Source: Terriglobia bacterium (lineage in GTDB: Bacteria > Acidobacteriota > Terriglobia > 2-12-FULL-54-10). Taken from it: DNA of 64,000 bases. Position numbers and translations under genes: made by a program. Below, piece after piece: positions 53,531-63,538 of the stretch. The stretch lies in contig CAXVYR010000004.1 of NCBI GenBank assembly GCA_963666975.2, positions 832,001 through 896,000 on the forward strand. Reading direction: 5' to 3'. The notes under the pieces were generated by a model, which ran no database searches, was not told where the DNA came from, and saw only the letters and a list, made by a program, of their open reading frames with translations. Position 1 is the stretch's first letter; every line of letters starts with the position of its first letter.

Positions 53531-56159
53531 ACAGTACTTCCATATCCCGCCAGTTCGGTCCTACGGACACGTTGGCCACGAGCGGCACATCCAGGGCATA
53601 GACCTGCTCCATCCCGTCGCGCAGCACGGCGGCGGCCTGCTGGACTTGCTTCTCCGGCACCTCCAAGACCAGCTCGTCATGCACCTGCAGCAGCATGCGC
53701 GCGCCCGACTTCTGTTCCCGCAGGGCGCGGTCGATCCCGATCATGGCGATCTTCATCAAGTCGGCGGCGCCGCCCTGGATGGGAGTGTTGATGGCGGTGC
53801 GCTCGGCGAACTGCCGCAGCGAGGGGTTCTTGCCGCCGATATCCGGTATCTTACGCAGCCTTCCGAACAAGGTTCGCACCTGGCCGTCGCGGCGCACCTC
53901 GGCGAGAGTACTGTTGATGAACTTCCTCACGCCCTGGTAGCGGTTGAAATACTGGTCAATGAATTCGGCCGCCTCGGCCTGCGAAATCCCCAACTGTTGC
54001 GCCAGCCCGAAGGGGCTGAGCCCGTATACTATGCCGTAGTTGACGGCCTTGGCCCGGCGGCGGTGGTCTTCGTTTTGTTCGTCCGGCGGCACGCCGAAGA
54101 CCGCCGCAGCGGTCCGCTCATGAATGTCTTCTCCCTGGCGGAACGCTTCCACCAGCAGCGGATCGCCGCTCAAGTGGGCCAGCAGCCGCAGCTCGATTTG
54201 GGAATAGTCGGCGGCCAGCAACAGATATCCCTTCTCAGCAACAAAAGCGGCGCGAATCTTCCGTCCGAGCTCGGTGCGGATGGGAATGTTTTGCAGGTTG
54301 GGATTGCTCGAGGACAGTCTCCCTGTGGCGGTGCCCGCCTGGTTGAAGCTTGTGTGGAGGCGGCCTGACGCCGGATTCAGCAAGCGGGGCAGCGCGTCGA
54401 TGTAGGTCGATTTGAGCTTGGACAGTTGCCGGTATTCGAGCACGCGGCGCGGCGCTTCGTGGACGGCGGAGAGTTGTTCCAGCACATCGACGGCGGTCGA
54501 GAACGACTTGCTCTTGCCGGACTTTCGGGGAGCGGGCAGCCCCATCTTCTCAAACAACACTTCGCCGAGTTGTTTCGGCGAGTTGATGTTGAATTCCGAG
54601 CCGGTCAGTTTGTAAATCTCCCCCGTCAGCCTCTCGACTTCCCCTTCCACCCAGACCGAGAGTTTCCGCAACTGGGCTCCGTCGAGCTTCACGCCCCATG
54701 CCTCCATCTCCGCCAGGATGGGAGCCAGCGGCAGCTCGATCTCGTCATACAAACGGCGCAGGCCGGAGGCTTCCATCTCCGGCTCCAGCACTCGCGTCAA
54801 CTGACCGACCCAGTCGGCCTCCTCGGCAATGTCTCCGGAAAGTTTGGCGCCGAAGCGGCGCTCCACCAGGTTCGCCAGCTCGTGGCTGCTCTCGGTGGCG
54901 TCGAGCAGATAGGAATAGAGCATGGTATCGTGCCGCACGCCCTGCAAATGGATGCACTGGCGCTCCAAGGCGGCATGCGCCGACTTGGCGTCGTGGACGG
55001 CCTTCATACTGCGCGTATCTTCCAGCCAGGGCTTCAGCAAGGGCGTGAGCGCTGCGGGGATCGAGCGCCCCACCCCCGCCGCAGTTGACAGGGCCGCCGT
55101 CGTCAGATTTGCCGCCAGCAACTCCTCGCTGCGGACCGCCAAAGCTGTCGCCGGGTCCGGAGGAAGCCTGCTGATGAATTCCCGCACAGCGTCTTCCGAA
55201 GAAAGCTCCTGGTAATCTTTCCGTCCGGTGTCGGCGGAGGGAAGAAACTCCCGCAACAGGGAAGTGAATTCCATCTCCTGATAAAGCTCTTTCAGTTTTT
55301 CGCGGTCCGGCTCGCTCACGCGAACCGCATCGAGCGACAACTCGACGGGCACCTCGGTCTCAATGGTCGCCAGTTGCTTGCTCAGCAGAATCTGGTCGCG
55401 GTGATTCGTCAGGGCCTCCCGGTAGGTTTTCCGCGAGACCTCGGCGGCATGTTCCAGGCAGGCCTCGACGCTCCCATATTTCTGGATCAGCTCGCGCGCT
55501 CCCTTGGCGCCGATGCCGGGCGCGCCGGGGATGTTGTCCACCGCGTCCCCTTGCAGAGCCAGCAGGTCGGGGACCTGCTCCGGCGCGACGCCCATAATCT
55601 CGATCACTTTGTCACGGTCGCAGAGCAGGTCGTCCTTCATCGGGTTGATCACAGACACCCGCTCGCCCACCAACTGCAGCATGTCCTTGTCGCTGGTGAT
55701 AATCAGCACCTCCAGTTTCCGCGCTGCGGCCTGACGGGCCAGCGTGCCGATCACGTCGTCGGCCTCATATCCGGGATGGGCCAGCACAGGAACCCGCACG
55801 GCTTCGAGCAACTGGCGGATGTAGGGGAGCTGGCTGACCAGCTCATCCGGCATCTCCTCCCGGTTCGCTTTGTAGTCGGCAAAGGACTCGTGGCGGAAGG
55901 TGGGTCCCTCCAGGTCAAACACCGCGCCGACGTACTCCGGCTGGTAGTCCTGGAAAAGTTTCCGCAGCATGTTGTGAAAGCCGTAAACGGCGCCCGTGGC
56001 TTGCCCGGCGCGGGTGGAGAGGCGCGGCAGAGCGAAGTAGGCTCGGAAGATGTAGTTCATGGAGTCGATCAGAAACAAACGGACGGGGCGCGGGGAACCC
56101 TTGCGGCCTGGCTCGCCGCCGGGCTTGCTTGGTTTTATTGATTTTGCAGGAGGAGACAT
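53529..56159 (-). CDS. polA: DNA polymerase I
   Basis: 5'-3' exonuclease YEADD; TGRLSSSNPNLQNIP, DYSQIELR, KAVNYG, LQVHDEL. Confidence 0.98.
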   Translation of the reverse strand: MSPPAKSIKPSKPGGEPGRKGSPRPVRLFLIDSMNYIFRAYFALPRLSTRAGQATGAVYGFHNMLRKLFQDYQPEYVGAVFDLEGPTFRHESFADYKANREEMPDELVSQLPYIRQLLEAVRVPVLAHPGYEADDVIGTLARQAAARKLEVLIITSDKDMLQLVGERVSVINPMKDDLLCDRDKVIEIMGVAPEQVPDLLALQGDAVDNIPGAPGIGAKGARELIQKYGSVEACLEHAAEVSRKTYREALTNHRDQILLSKQLATIETEVPVELSLDAVRVSEPDREKLKELYQEMEFTSLLREFLPSADTGRKDYQELSSEDAVREFISRLPPDPATALAVRSEELLAANLTTAALSTAAGVGRSIPAALTPLLKPWLEDTRSMKAVHDAKSAHAALERQCIHLQGVRHDTMLYSYLLDATESSHELANLVERRFGAKLSGDIAEEADWVGQLTRVLEPEMEASGLRRLYDEIELPLAPILAEMEAWGVKLDGAQLRKLSVWVEGEVERLTGEIYKLTGSEFNINSPKQLGEVLFEKMGLPAPRKSGKSKSFSTAVDVLEQLSAVHEAPRRVLEYRQLSKLKSTYIDALPRLLNPASGRLHTSFNQAGTATGRLSSSNPNLQNIPIRTELGRKIRAAFVAEKGYLLLAADYSQIELRLLAHLSGDPLLVEAFRQGEDIHERTAAAVFGVPPDEQNEDHRRRAKAVNYGIVYGLSPFGLAQQLGISQAEAAEFIDQYFNRYQGVRKFINSTLAEVRRDGQVRTLFGRLRKIPDIGGKNPSLRQFAERTAINTPIQGGAADLMKIAMIGIDRALREQKSGARMLLQVHDELVLEVPEKQVQQAAAVLRDGMEQVYALDVPLVANVSVGPNWRDMEVL

Positions 56160-56241
56160 TGGTTGCTTTTTTGCATCTCAACGGTTATCCGCAGGAGGTA
56201 TCGGCAGGACCTATCTTAGCAGGGGCGGGGAGGGAGGCAAA

Positions 56242-56420
56242 AGGCAGGAGTCAGGAGTCAGAATGGCTTTCCATCCGAGCCGCACGCGCCGGGTAGCCAC
56301 GGTAAATTGGAAGTTCCAATTTGCCGTGGGTTTGTAAATCCAATCCGAGCCGCGCGCGTAAGCAAGCGGTCAAAGAAGGTGCCAAGCGGTTAGTGATGAG
56401 TGATGAGCAATCAATGATAC
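56242..56420. repeat. Composite repeat cluster (heptamers, GTAG-type REP, CCGAGCCGCG REP)
   Basis: caggagt repeats; GTAGCCACGGTAAATTGG..CCAATTTGCCGTGG; CCGAGCCGCGCGCGTAAGCAAGCGG; gtgatga x2. Confidence 0.82.
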
Positions 56421-56451
56421 TGCTGGCAGCATTCTTGTCACTCGACACTTA

Positions 56452-56790
56452 TCACTGAACACTGCTTTTTGTCCGCTCCATCAATTGCCGCTCGCTACGG
56501 ATCCCGTACAGCACTTGCAGCAGCAGCGCCCGCAGCAACTGCTCCGGAGGCTTCGACGGCCGTCCCCGCCGGGCGTAGAGCGTGTCAATATGCAAAGACA
56601 ACTCGGCCAAGACCTCGTCGGTCATCTTGCGGATCGCCCGCAACGGGTGATTCGTCGGAACTCGCTGATCCAGGTTGACGTAACTGAACATCGCTTCTTG
56701 TTGGTTTTCATCTCCGCGCATGCTACTTACATATCGCACTTGCCCCGGAAATGCACCCGGTTTCGGCTAGGTGCTTTTTCAGCAACCGGT
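56452..56790 (-). mobile_element. IS5/IS1182-like element, left-end fragment with truncated transposase
   Basis: End motif GGTTGCTGAAAAA; ORF from 56721 reads MRGDENQQEAMFSYV...HPLR...GRPS.PPEQLLRALLLQVLYGIRSERQL (DUF772-type), then breaks off. Confidence 0.85.
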
Positions 56791-56805
56791 GAAGCCGCTG
56801 TCGTG

Positions 56806-56889
56806 ATCCAGGTAGCGGATGTAGAACAACCCCATTTGCCCCAGCCGCTGGTCCAGTTCGCAAAGGAACAAGGCTCGCAAAAGAGTCAA
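56806..56889 (-). pseudogene. Relic of a bacterial reverse transcriptase (region leading to the YxDD motif)
   Basis: Translates as LLRALFLCELDQRLGQMGLFYIRYLD(H). Confidence 0.6.
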
Positions 56890-57167
56890 CTAGCCGGAAG
56901 CAGTCGAAATTGAATTTTGCAGCCGGTCGCTTCCGCGTATCTGCTGAGGCTGTTGACGCTGTGCAGCCGCTTTCCGCTCTCCAGACGGGCGACGGTCGAT
57001 TGTGTTGTTCCCATTCTTCGGGCCACCTCCGCCTGGCTCAAACCGGCCCGGCTGCGGGCAGCGATCAACTGCCGCGCGATGGCGAACTCGGGTTTCAGGG
57101 AAGCATAAGCCCGGCGAAATTCCGGATTGCGCAACCATCGTTTCTTGAGTTGCTTTAGAGTGCTCAT
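56886..57167 (-). CDS. XRE/HigA-type HTH antitoxin, orphan
   Basis: PEFRRAY...LSQAEVARRMGTTQSTVARLESG. Confidence 0.88.
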   Translation of the reverse strand: MSTLKQLKKRWLRNPEFRRAYASLKPEFAIARQLIAARSRAGLSQAEVARRMGTTQSTVARLESGKRLHSVNSLSRYAEATGCKIQFRLLPAS

Positions 57168-57231
57168 CGAATCCTCTTACAAGGTGTTTCCTAATCCAAG
57201 TTTTCCTCTACCGAACGACCTGCGCTTCTGC

Positions 57232-57330
57232 TGTCATTCCGAGCGCAGCGAGGAATCTGCTTGTTAATCCGGCAGCATGCTGGACGAGCAGATTCCTCGG
57301 GCCTTGAAAGCGTTGGCCCTCGGAATGACA
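57232..57330. repeat. 99-bp palindromic MITE/REP-like element
   Basis: TGTCATTCCGAG/CTCGGAATGACA outer and CGAGGAATCTGCT/AGCAGATTCCTCG inner inverted repeats. Confidence 0.85.
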
Positions 57331-57508
57331 TGCTGAGAGGTTTTCGAATTGCGCGACGTGCTGTCTTTCCCATCTCCGTTTATCGCACTTTTGCGATAAT
57401 CCCTGAAACGGCTTTCTGCTGAATCATCGTCACAGACCATCGGCGCGGGGGTAGAATGTCGGTCGGACTCCTGTAAAAAGGGAAATCAAAGCACGGTAAT
57501 CAATTAGT

Positions 57509-59125
57509 TTGCCGAACACTCCTACCCCCGACCCGCACGCCTCCTCTGCCGCCGTGCATCGCCGCCGGATTTTCCTGCAATCGGCTGCGATTGTGGGGGC
57601 GAGCGTTTTTCTCAGCCGGGTGCTGGGCTTTTTGCGCGAGTGGGCCATCGCCGACCGCATCGGCTCCAACGCCACCACCGACGCCTACTACGCCGCCTTC
57701 ACCATCCCGGACATCCTGAACTACCTGCTGGCGGGCGGCGCGCTCAGTATTACTTTCATCCCTGTATTTCTGGAGTACTTCACCTCCCGGCGGGAGGAAG
57801 AAGGCTGGCGCGTTTTTTCGATTGTCCTCAGCGTCATGTCCGTTCTGCTTCTGATCCTGCTGGTCGTCGCCGAAGTGTATGCTCCTGTCTTCACGCACTG
57901 GATAGCGCCGGGATTTACGGCGGAGCAGCACCGCATGGTCACTCACATGACTCGCATCATGCTTCCCGCGCAGGCCTTCTTTTATATCGGCGGCGTGCTG
58001 AGCGCCGTGCAATACGCGCAGGGGCGTTTTCTGATCCCGTCGCTGGCGCCGCTGGTCTACAACGGGATGATCATTTCCTCTGGCATGCTCCTGGCTGACC
58101 GCTGGGGCATCGAAGCGTTTTCCTGGGGAGTGGTTGCGGGATCTTTGCTCGGGAACTGTCTCTTGCAGGTTTATGGCGTATCAAAATTCTTTCCTCGGTT
58201 TCGTTTCTCCCTCAACCTGCGGCATCCGGGCTTCCGCCAATTTCTCCGCCTTACGGTGCCCATCATGCTCGGGTTTTCTCTCATCTTCGTGGATGATTGG
58301 GCGATGCGGTGGTACGGTTCTTTTCTGGTTCCTGCCTCCATCACGTGGCTCTTTTACGGCAAGACGCTGATGCGGGTGGTGGTAGCGATATTCGGCCAGG
58401 CGGCCGGGGTGGCGACGTTTCCGGTGATGGCGCGGCTGGTGGCGGAAGAAAAATGGCCGGAGATGAAAGAAAGCTTGCAGGACGCTCTGCGGCACGTCAT
58501 CCTGACTATTGTCCCGGCCTCGGTCCTGATGGCGATCCTCAGCCGCCAGATCGTCTTTCTGCTTTTCTCCCGCACCCGCCTGCAGCTTGCCGACATTGAG
58601 CAAACCGCCCTGGCCATGGTGATATTTCTCGCAGGAGCATTTGCCTGGGGAGGGCAGGCTATCCTGGCGCGGGGTTTCTACGCATTGCGCAATACCCTCA
58701 CCCCTACGCTGATCGGCTCCGGCCTGGCGGTGGTCTGGCTGCCACTCTATGGGATGTTCGCAGAGCGGTGGCAACACCTGGGCTTGGCAGCCGCCAGTTC
58801 GCTCGGCATCGTGGTATACGCTGCTATCCTGGGCATCGTATTGTTCCGCCGTCTTAAGATTTCATTCCTTCCCCTGGGCTCCTTCCTGTTGCGGACCACC
58901 GCGGCATCTTCGGTGGCGGGAGGAATCGCATTCCTTCTGGAGCGCCGGCTGGAGGAGGCTGTGAGCTGGCAGTCGATGACCGGTTCCCTGGTTCACGGTG
59001 CGGCGGCGAGCCTTGCATTTGTGGCCAGCTTCTTGGCGCTGGCGTCGCTGGTGAAGCTTTTTTCCTGGGATAAGCTGCGTTTGGCATTCGCCGGAAAAGG
59101 TGGGCGCAAGCCGTGGAATATCTAA
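57509..59125 (+). CDS. murJ: Lipid II flippase MurJ (MviN)
   Basis: SRVLGFLRE, DAYYAAFTIPD, FIPVF, RGFYA; about 14 TM. Confidence 0.93.
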   Translation: MPNTPTPDPHASSAAVHRRRIFLQSAAIVGASVFLSRVLGFLREWAIADRIGSNATTDAYYAAFTIPDILNYLLAGGALSITFIPVFLEYFTSRREEEGWRVFSIVLSVMSVLLLILLVVAEVYAPVFTHWIAPGFTAEQHRMVTHMTRIMLPAQAFFYIGGVLSAVQYAQGRFLIPSLAPLVYNGMIISSGMLLADRWGIEAFSWGVVAGSLLGNCLLQVYGVSKFFPRFRFSLNLRHPGFRQFLRLTVPIMLGFSLIFVDDWAMRWYGSFLVPASITWLFYGKTLMRVVVAIFGQAAGVATFPVMARLVAEEKWPEMKESLQDALRHVILTIVPASVLMAILSRQIVFLLFSRTRLQLADIEQTALAMVIFLAGAFAWGGQAILARGFYALRNTLTPTLIGSGLAVVWLPLYGMFAERWQHLGLAAASSLGIVVYAAILGIVLFRRLKISFLPLGSFLLRTTAASSVAGGIAFLLERRLEEAVSWQSMTGSLVHGAAASLAFVASFLALASLVKLFSWDKLRLAFAGKGGRKPWNI

Positions 59126-61122
59126 AAGACCTGATTGTGATCTTCGGGCTGGCGGTCGGTGTTGTTGTGGTCTTCAGCCGCCTGCGGTTGCCTGCCGTCA
59201 TCGGTTATCTGGCGACGGGAACGCTGGTCGGCCCGCATGGCCTGGGCTGGATTGAAGGGACGGAGCAGGTCCAGGTTTTGGCGGAGCTTGGCGTTGCTTT
59301 GTTGCTGTTTACCATCGGGATTGAATTGTCCCTGGCGCATTTGTTTCGCATGCGGATTACGCTGTGGCTGGGCGGCGCGCTGCAGGTTGTCTGCACGGTT
59401 GCGCTGGTGGCGCTGGTTGCTCTGCCGGTATTGCCGTCCTGGAAACAGTCGGTCTTTCTGGGGATGCTGGTGGCGCTGAGCAGCACGGCGATTGTGCTGA
59501 AATTGCTTTCTGAGCGCGGTGAGATGGACAGCCCGCAGGGGCAGACGGTGCTGGGGATTTTGATCTTTCAGGACCTGTGTATCGTGCCCATGACGCTCCT
59601 CACGCCCTTTTTGTCCGGCGAAGCGGCTAGCGTGGAGGAAGTGGCCCTGGTGGCGGGCAAGGCCGTCTTGGTCGTGGGGGCGGCTCTGCTGGGCGCACGG
59701 ATCGTCGTTCCCTGGTTCCTCCGCCAAGTGGTCGCCACGCGGAACCGGGAGGTTTTCCTGCTGAGCCTTGTCCTGCTGTGCATGGGCACGGCCTGGCTAA
59801 CCGCGCAGGCCGGACTGTCGCTGGCCCTCGGCGCTTTTCTGGCTGGGCTGGTGGTTTCCGAATCCGAATACAGTCACCAGGCTCTGGGGGAAATTCTGCC
59901 GCTGCGCCATGCCTTCCTCGGCATCTTTTTTGTTTCCGTCGGGATGCTGTTCGACGGGCGAACTTTGCTGATAGCGCCCTGGAATATCGCTGTGGGGGTG
60001 GCCGCTCTGGTGGCGGGAAAAGCGGCGATCACGGCGGGCGTCAGCGTGGTGCTGGGCCATTCCCGCCGAGTCTCGCTCATCACGGGGCTGGGGCTGGCGC
60101 AAGTAGGAGAGTTCTCCTTCGTTCTGGCGACGGTGGGACTTGACTCCGGGGTCATTTCGGAACCTCTTTACCAGCTCTTTATCGGCGCCGCCATTGTTAC
60201 AATGGCGGCCACGCCATTCTTGTGGGGATTGTCGGCCCGCTTGTCCCAATGGCTCACATCCTGGCAGCCATCATGGATCGGCGGTTCCCCGGAGGCTGAG
60301 GAAGGCCCGGCTGCTTCGAGCGAATTGCAGGACCACGTCATCATTGTGGGATACGGGGTGAATGGGAAAAACCTGGCGCGGGTGCTGCGCCGTGTTCCTA
60401 TTCCCTATATCGTGGTCGAGATGAATCCGGAGATCGTTCGCACGGAGAGCCGGGAGGGCACCCATATCCTGTACGGGGACGCGGCCAACCGGCAGATCCT
60501 GGAGCGGGCTGGAGTGCAACATGCCCGCGTGCTGGTCCTGGCCATCTCCGACCCGTCCGTAACCCGCTATGCCACGGATACGGCTCACCGCTTGAATCCT
60601 GCGTTGCACATTATCATACGGACCCGTTACGTGAAAGAAATGGAGTCTCTGTTTGCTCTGGGAGGCAATGATGTTGTCCCGGAGGAATTTGAGACATCCA
60701 TCGAAATCTTCTCGCGAGTCTTGAGGCGCTACATGGTGCCACGGGATATTGTGGAGCGCAGCGTGCGGGAGATTCGCCAGGATAGCTACGAAGTGTTTCG
60801 CGGCTTGCGGGAACGGCACCGTCCGCCGGAGGACATTCGCAAGTTCGTGGCCGGCGTGGAGATGGAGATCTACCGCGTGGAGCCGGGATCCCCGCTGGCA
60901 GGCCACTCGCTCGCCGAAACGAACCTGCGCGGAAAAACCGGAGTGATGGTGCTGGCCATCCAAAACAACGAGCAGGTGCAGCCGAATCCCGATCCGGGCA
61001 CCGTCTTTTCGGAGGGCGATGTAGTTATGCTGCTCGGAACCCTGGAGCAGATCTCCAAGGCGGCTACGTTGTTCGGTGGTGTGCCCGCCGCGGGGTCAGA
61101 AGAAGCAAGTCCCGAAGCATAA
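59113..61122 (+). CDS. CPA2/Kef-type cation:proton antiporter with TrkA-N and TrkA-C domains
   Basis: AELGVALLLFTIGIE, LSSTAIV, LIFQD, IVGYGVNG. Confidence 0.93.
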   Translation: MEYLKDLIVIFGLAVGVVVVFSRLRLPAVIGYLATGTLVGPHGLGWIEGTEQVQVLAELGVALLLFTIGIELSLAHLFRMRITLWLGGALQVVCTVALVALVALPVLPSWKQSVFLGMLVALSSTAIVLKLLSERGEMDSPQGQTVLGILIFQDLCIVPMTLLTPFLSGEAASVEEVALVAGKAVLVVGAALLGARIVVPWFLRQVVATRNREVFLLSLVLLCMGTAWLTAQAGLSLALGAFLAGLVVSESEYSHQALGEILPLRHAFLGIFFVSVGMLFDGRTLLIAPWNIAVGVAALVAGKAAITAGVSVVLGHSRRVSLITGLGLAQVGEFSFVLATVGLDSGVISEPLYQLFIGAAIVTMAATPFLWGLSARLSQWLTSWQPSWIGGSPEAEEGPAASSELQDHVIIVGYGVNGKNLARVLRRVPIPYIVVEMNPEIVRTESREGTHILYGDAANRQILERAGVQHARVLVLAISDPSVTRYATDTAHRLNPALHIIIRTRYVKEMESLFALGGNDVVPEEFETSIEIFSRVLRRYMVPRDIVERSVREIRQDSYEVFRGLRERHRPPEDIRKFVAGVEMEIYRVEPGSPLAGHSLAETNLRGKTGVMVLAIQNNEQVQPNPDPGTVFSEGDVVMLLGTLEQISKAATLFGGVPAAGSEEASPEA

Positions 61123-61186
61123 TCGCCGGTGAAAATCTCGTTCTGTGCCCTGAGCTTTCCTGTATTTCTTGTCTGCCTCTGACCGC

Positions 61187-61939
61187 TTATTCCGGGATTC
61201 CGAGAGGCTTGCGGGCGACCACGTTGACTTCCGAGGTCAGCCGGGGGCAAAGCTTGCCCCAAGCGGCGTTCAAACGGTAATACCATCGCCAGTTTTCGAG
61301 CGGCAAGTAGCGTCCGGCAGATAAAAAACGGAAGCCGCGGATGTCTTCGATCTGAAAGTTTCTGAGCAAGGCTTGCAGTGAGGGCAGGGTGAAAAAGGAT
61401 ACGTGACCGAACCGTGCTGCCAGCATTTCCGGGCGTTTTTTGGGCACCAGCAGCGGGACCAGGTAGATGCGCAAGAGCCGCGTCAACCACACGCAGATCG
61501 GGACGCCCAAAATGAACAGGCCGCCGGGGCGCAAAACCCGCAGGATCTCGGAGGCCATCTTTTCCGGGTGCTGCAAGTGCTCCAGGATATGGCTGCTGAC
61601 GACGATATCGAAGCATTCGTCCTGCCAGGGCAAACTGTCGGCGAGGTTCGCGCGGGCGAGCCGGGCATAGCCCCTCTGCCGTGCGGTCTCCAGGCTGGAA
61701 TGGCTCACATCGGCGCCGCTAAATTCAACGTCCGGGTAAGGGCCGTAGAGAATCAGCCTGCCCTCGCCGCAGCCGGCATCCAGAAGTTTTAAGGCCTTCT
61801 TTTTCGTTCGGGCTTCCCGGCGAATGAAGTCCGCCATGGCAGGATAGCGGGCCAAAGTAAGGCGGTATTGGCAGGAAGAGAGTTCGGCGCTAAACGCCAG
61901 GATGTTGTCTTTTCTTGGCAAGTTGGAAAAAATATTCAT
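61187..61939 (-). CDS. Class I SAM-dependent methyltransferase
   Basis: LLDAGCGEG, FDIVVSSHILEHL, RVLRPGG; start uncertain. Confidence 0.88.
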   Translation of the reverse strand: MNIFSNLPRKDNILAFSAELSSCQYRLTLARYPAMADFIRREARTKKKALKLLDAGCGEGRLILYGPYPDVEFSGADVSHSSLETARQRGYARLARANLADSLPWQDECFDIVVSSHILEHLQHPEKMASEILRVLRPGGLFILGVPICVWLTRLLRIYLVPLLVPKKRPEMLAARFGHVSFFTLPSLQALLRNFQIEDIRGFRFLSAGRYLPLENWRWYYRLNAAWGKLCPRLTSEVNVVARKPLGIPE

Positions 61940-62207
61940 CTTCACTGCCGGGAGGCAGCAGCTATCATAGCGGCCTTTCTCAGCGTTGCACAGAAAAACC
62001 GGCAGCGACCGTACTTTCAATCTGACGTTTTTCAACAACCTCCTAACCGGGCAATCTTGGATTGGGTATAATAGGCGTTCTTTTTCATTAACGGTGGCGG
62101 AGCACACAGGATTTTTTGCGAAACTGCTGTGGGACAAAGGGTGGTTACGCAGGACCGAGTGACTGGACGAAACTCAGGTTTGCGGAAATAAATAATCGGG
62201 TGAAGCG

Positions 62208-62999
62208 ATGGATCTAGGATTGAAAGACAAGACAGCGCTGGTTTGCGGCGCCAGTTCCGGGTTGGGCAAAGCCGTCGCCATGGGCCTCGCGCGCGAAGGC
62301 GCGCGGGTGGCGGTATGCGCGCGCACGGAGGAAAAGCTCGCGAGGGCGGCTGAGCAGATTCGCCGGGAAACCGGCGCGGAGGTCCTGGCCGCCATCGCCG
62401 ATGTAAGCGTTCCCGCCGAGGTCAAGAAGCTCGTGCAAAAGACAGTCTCCCAATTCGGCAAGCTCGACATTCTGGTTTCCAACGCCGGCGGTCCGCCTTT
62501 TGGGTATTTTCTGGACCTGCCGGAGGAGTCCTGGCAGCAGGCCTTGGAGTTGAACCTGCTCAGCACGCTGCACCTGTGCCGGGAGGCGGTTCCTCACATG
62601 AAAGCCGCCGGAGGGGGCCGCATCATCAACATTACGTCTTTCGCCGCCAAGCAGCCTCAGGACGGCCTGATTCTTTCCAACATGGCCCGCGCCGGCGTGC
62701 TGGGCTTGGCCAAGTCACTGGCGAATGAACTGGCGCCGCACAACATTCTGGTGAATACGGTCTGTCCCGGAGCCATCGAGACCGAGCGGCACTTCGCATT
62801 GGCCGAGCGGCGCGCGGCGAAAGAAGGCGTGCCGGTGGAAAAGGTCCTCGAGACCCGTACCCAGGAGATTCCGTTGCAGCGGGCCGGAAAACCGGAGGAG
62901 TTTGCGGACCTGGTGGTTTTTCTGGCCTCCGAAAGGGCCTCCTATATTACGGGCACCGCTATTCAGATTGACGGCGGAGTGGTCCGCTCCCTGCTCTAG
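62208..62999 (+). CDS. SDR family oxidoreductase
   Basis: GASSGLG, SNAGGPP, YITG..IQIDGG; SNMAR in place of YxxxK. Confidence 0.93.
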   Translation: MDLGLKDKTALVCGASSGLGKAVAMGLAREGARVAVCARTEEKLARAAEQIRRETGAEVLAAIADVSVPAEVKKLVQKTVSQFGKLDILVSNAGGPPFGYFLDLPEESWQQALELNLLSTLHLCREAVPHMKAAGGGRIINITSFAAKQPQDGLILSNMARAGVLGLAKSLANELAPHNILVNTVCPGAIETERHFALAERRAAKEGVPVEKVLETRTQEIPLQRAGKPEEFADLVVFLASERASYITGTAIQIDGGVVRSLL

Positions 63000-63027
63000 G
63001 CAGAAAAGCAAGGGAAGCAAGATCGGG

Positions 63028-63082
63028 GAGTAAGCAACCAGAAGTTAGCAACCCAGGAGTAAGTAACCAGGAGTAAGTAATA
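63028..63082. repeat. ~14-bp tandem repeat, 4 units
   Basis: gagtaagcaacca gaagttagcaaccca ggagtaagtaacca ggagtaagtaa, immediately before the VOC start. Confidence 0.8.
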
Positions 63083-63538
63083 ATGATTAAACCCATCCAA
63101 GTCGCTCATGTGAATCTAAACGTCACGGACCTGGAGCGGTCCGAGAAGTTCTACACTGAGATCATGGGGTTCCATGTTTCGGGAAAGGTCGCCGGAGCCA
63201 TCGCATGGCTGAACATGGGTCAGTACAAACCGAACGACAGCCTGGCCTTCCACGATCTGGCTCTCTTTCAGGTCCCCCACGGTCTGCCGGACAATTATCG
63301 CAAGCGCGCCGGACTCAACCACGCGGCCTTCCGATTAAGCTCCGCCGAGGAGGTCGACCGCGCTACGGAGTTTTTGAAGTCTAAAAACGTGAAGGTGCTC
63401 AAGGGGCCGCTCACCCACTCAGAAGACCAGGACCGCTACGTTTACTTTGAAGACCCGGACGGCAACGTGCTGGAGCTGGTCGCCTCCACTTTGGCGGGAT
63501 ATCCCCACGAGTACCTGCGGAAGGAGAGCGGCGCTTGA
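63083..63538 (+). CDS. VOC/glyoxalase family protein
   Basis: HVNLNVTDLERSEKFY, LNHAAF, YFEDPDGNVLE. Confidence 0.93.
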   Translation: MIKPIQVAHVNLNVTDLERSEKFYTEIMGFHVSGKVAGAIAWLNMGQYKPNDSLAFHDLALFQVPHGLPDNYRKRAGLNHAAFRLSSAEEVDRATEFLKSKNVKVLKGPLTHSEDQDRYVYFEDPDGNVLELVASTLAGYPHEYLRKESGA

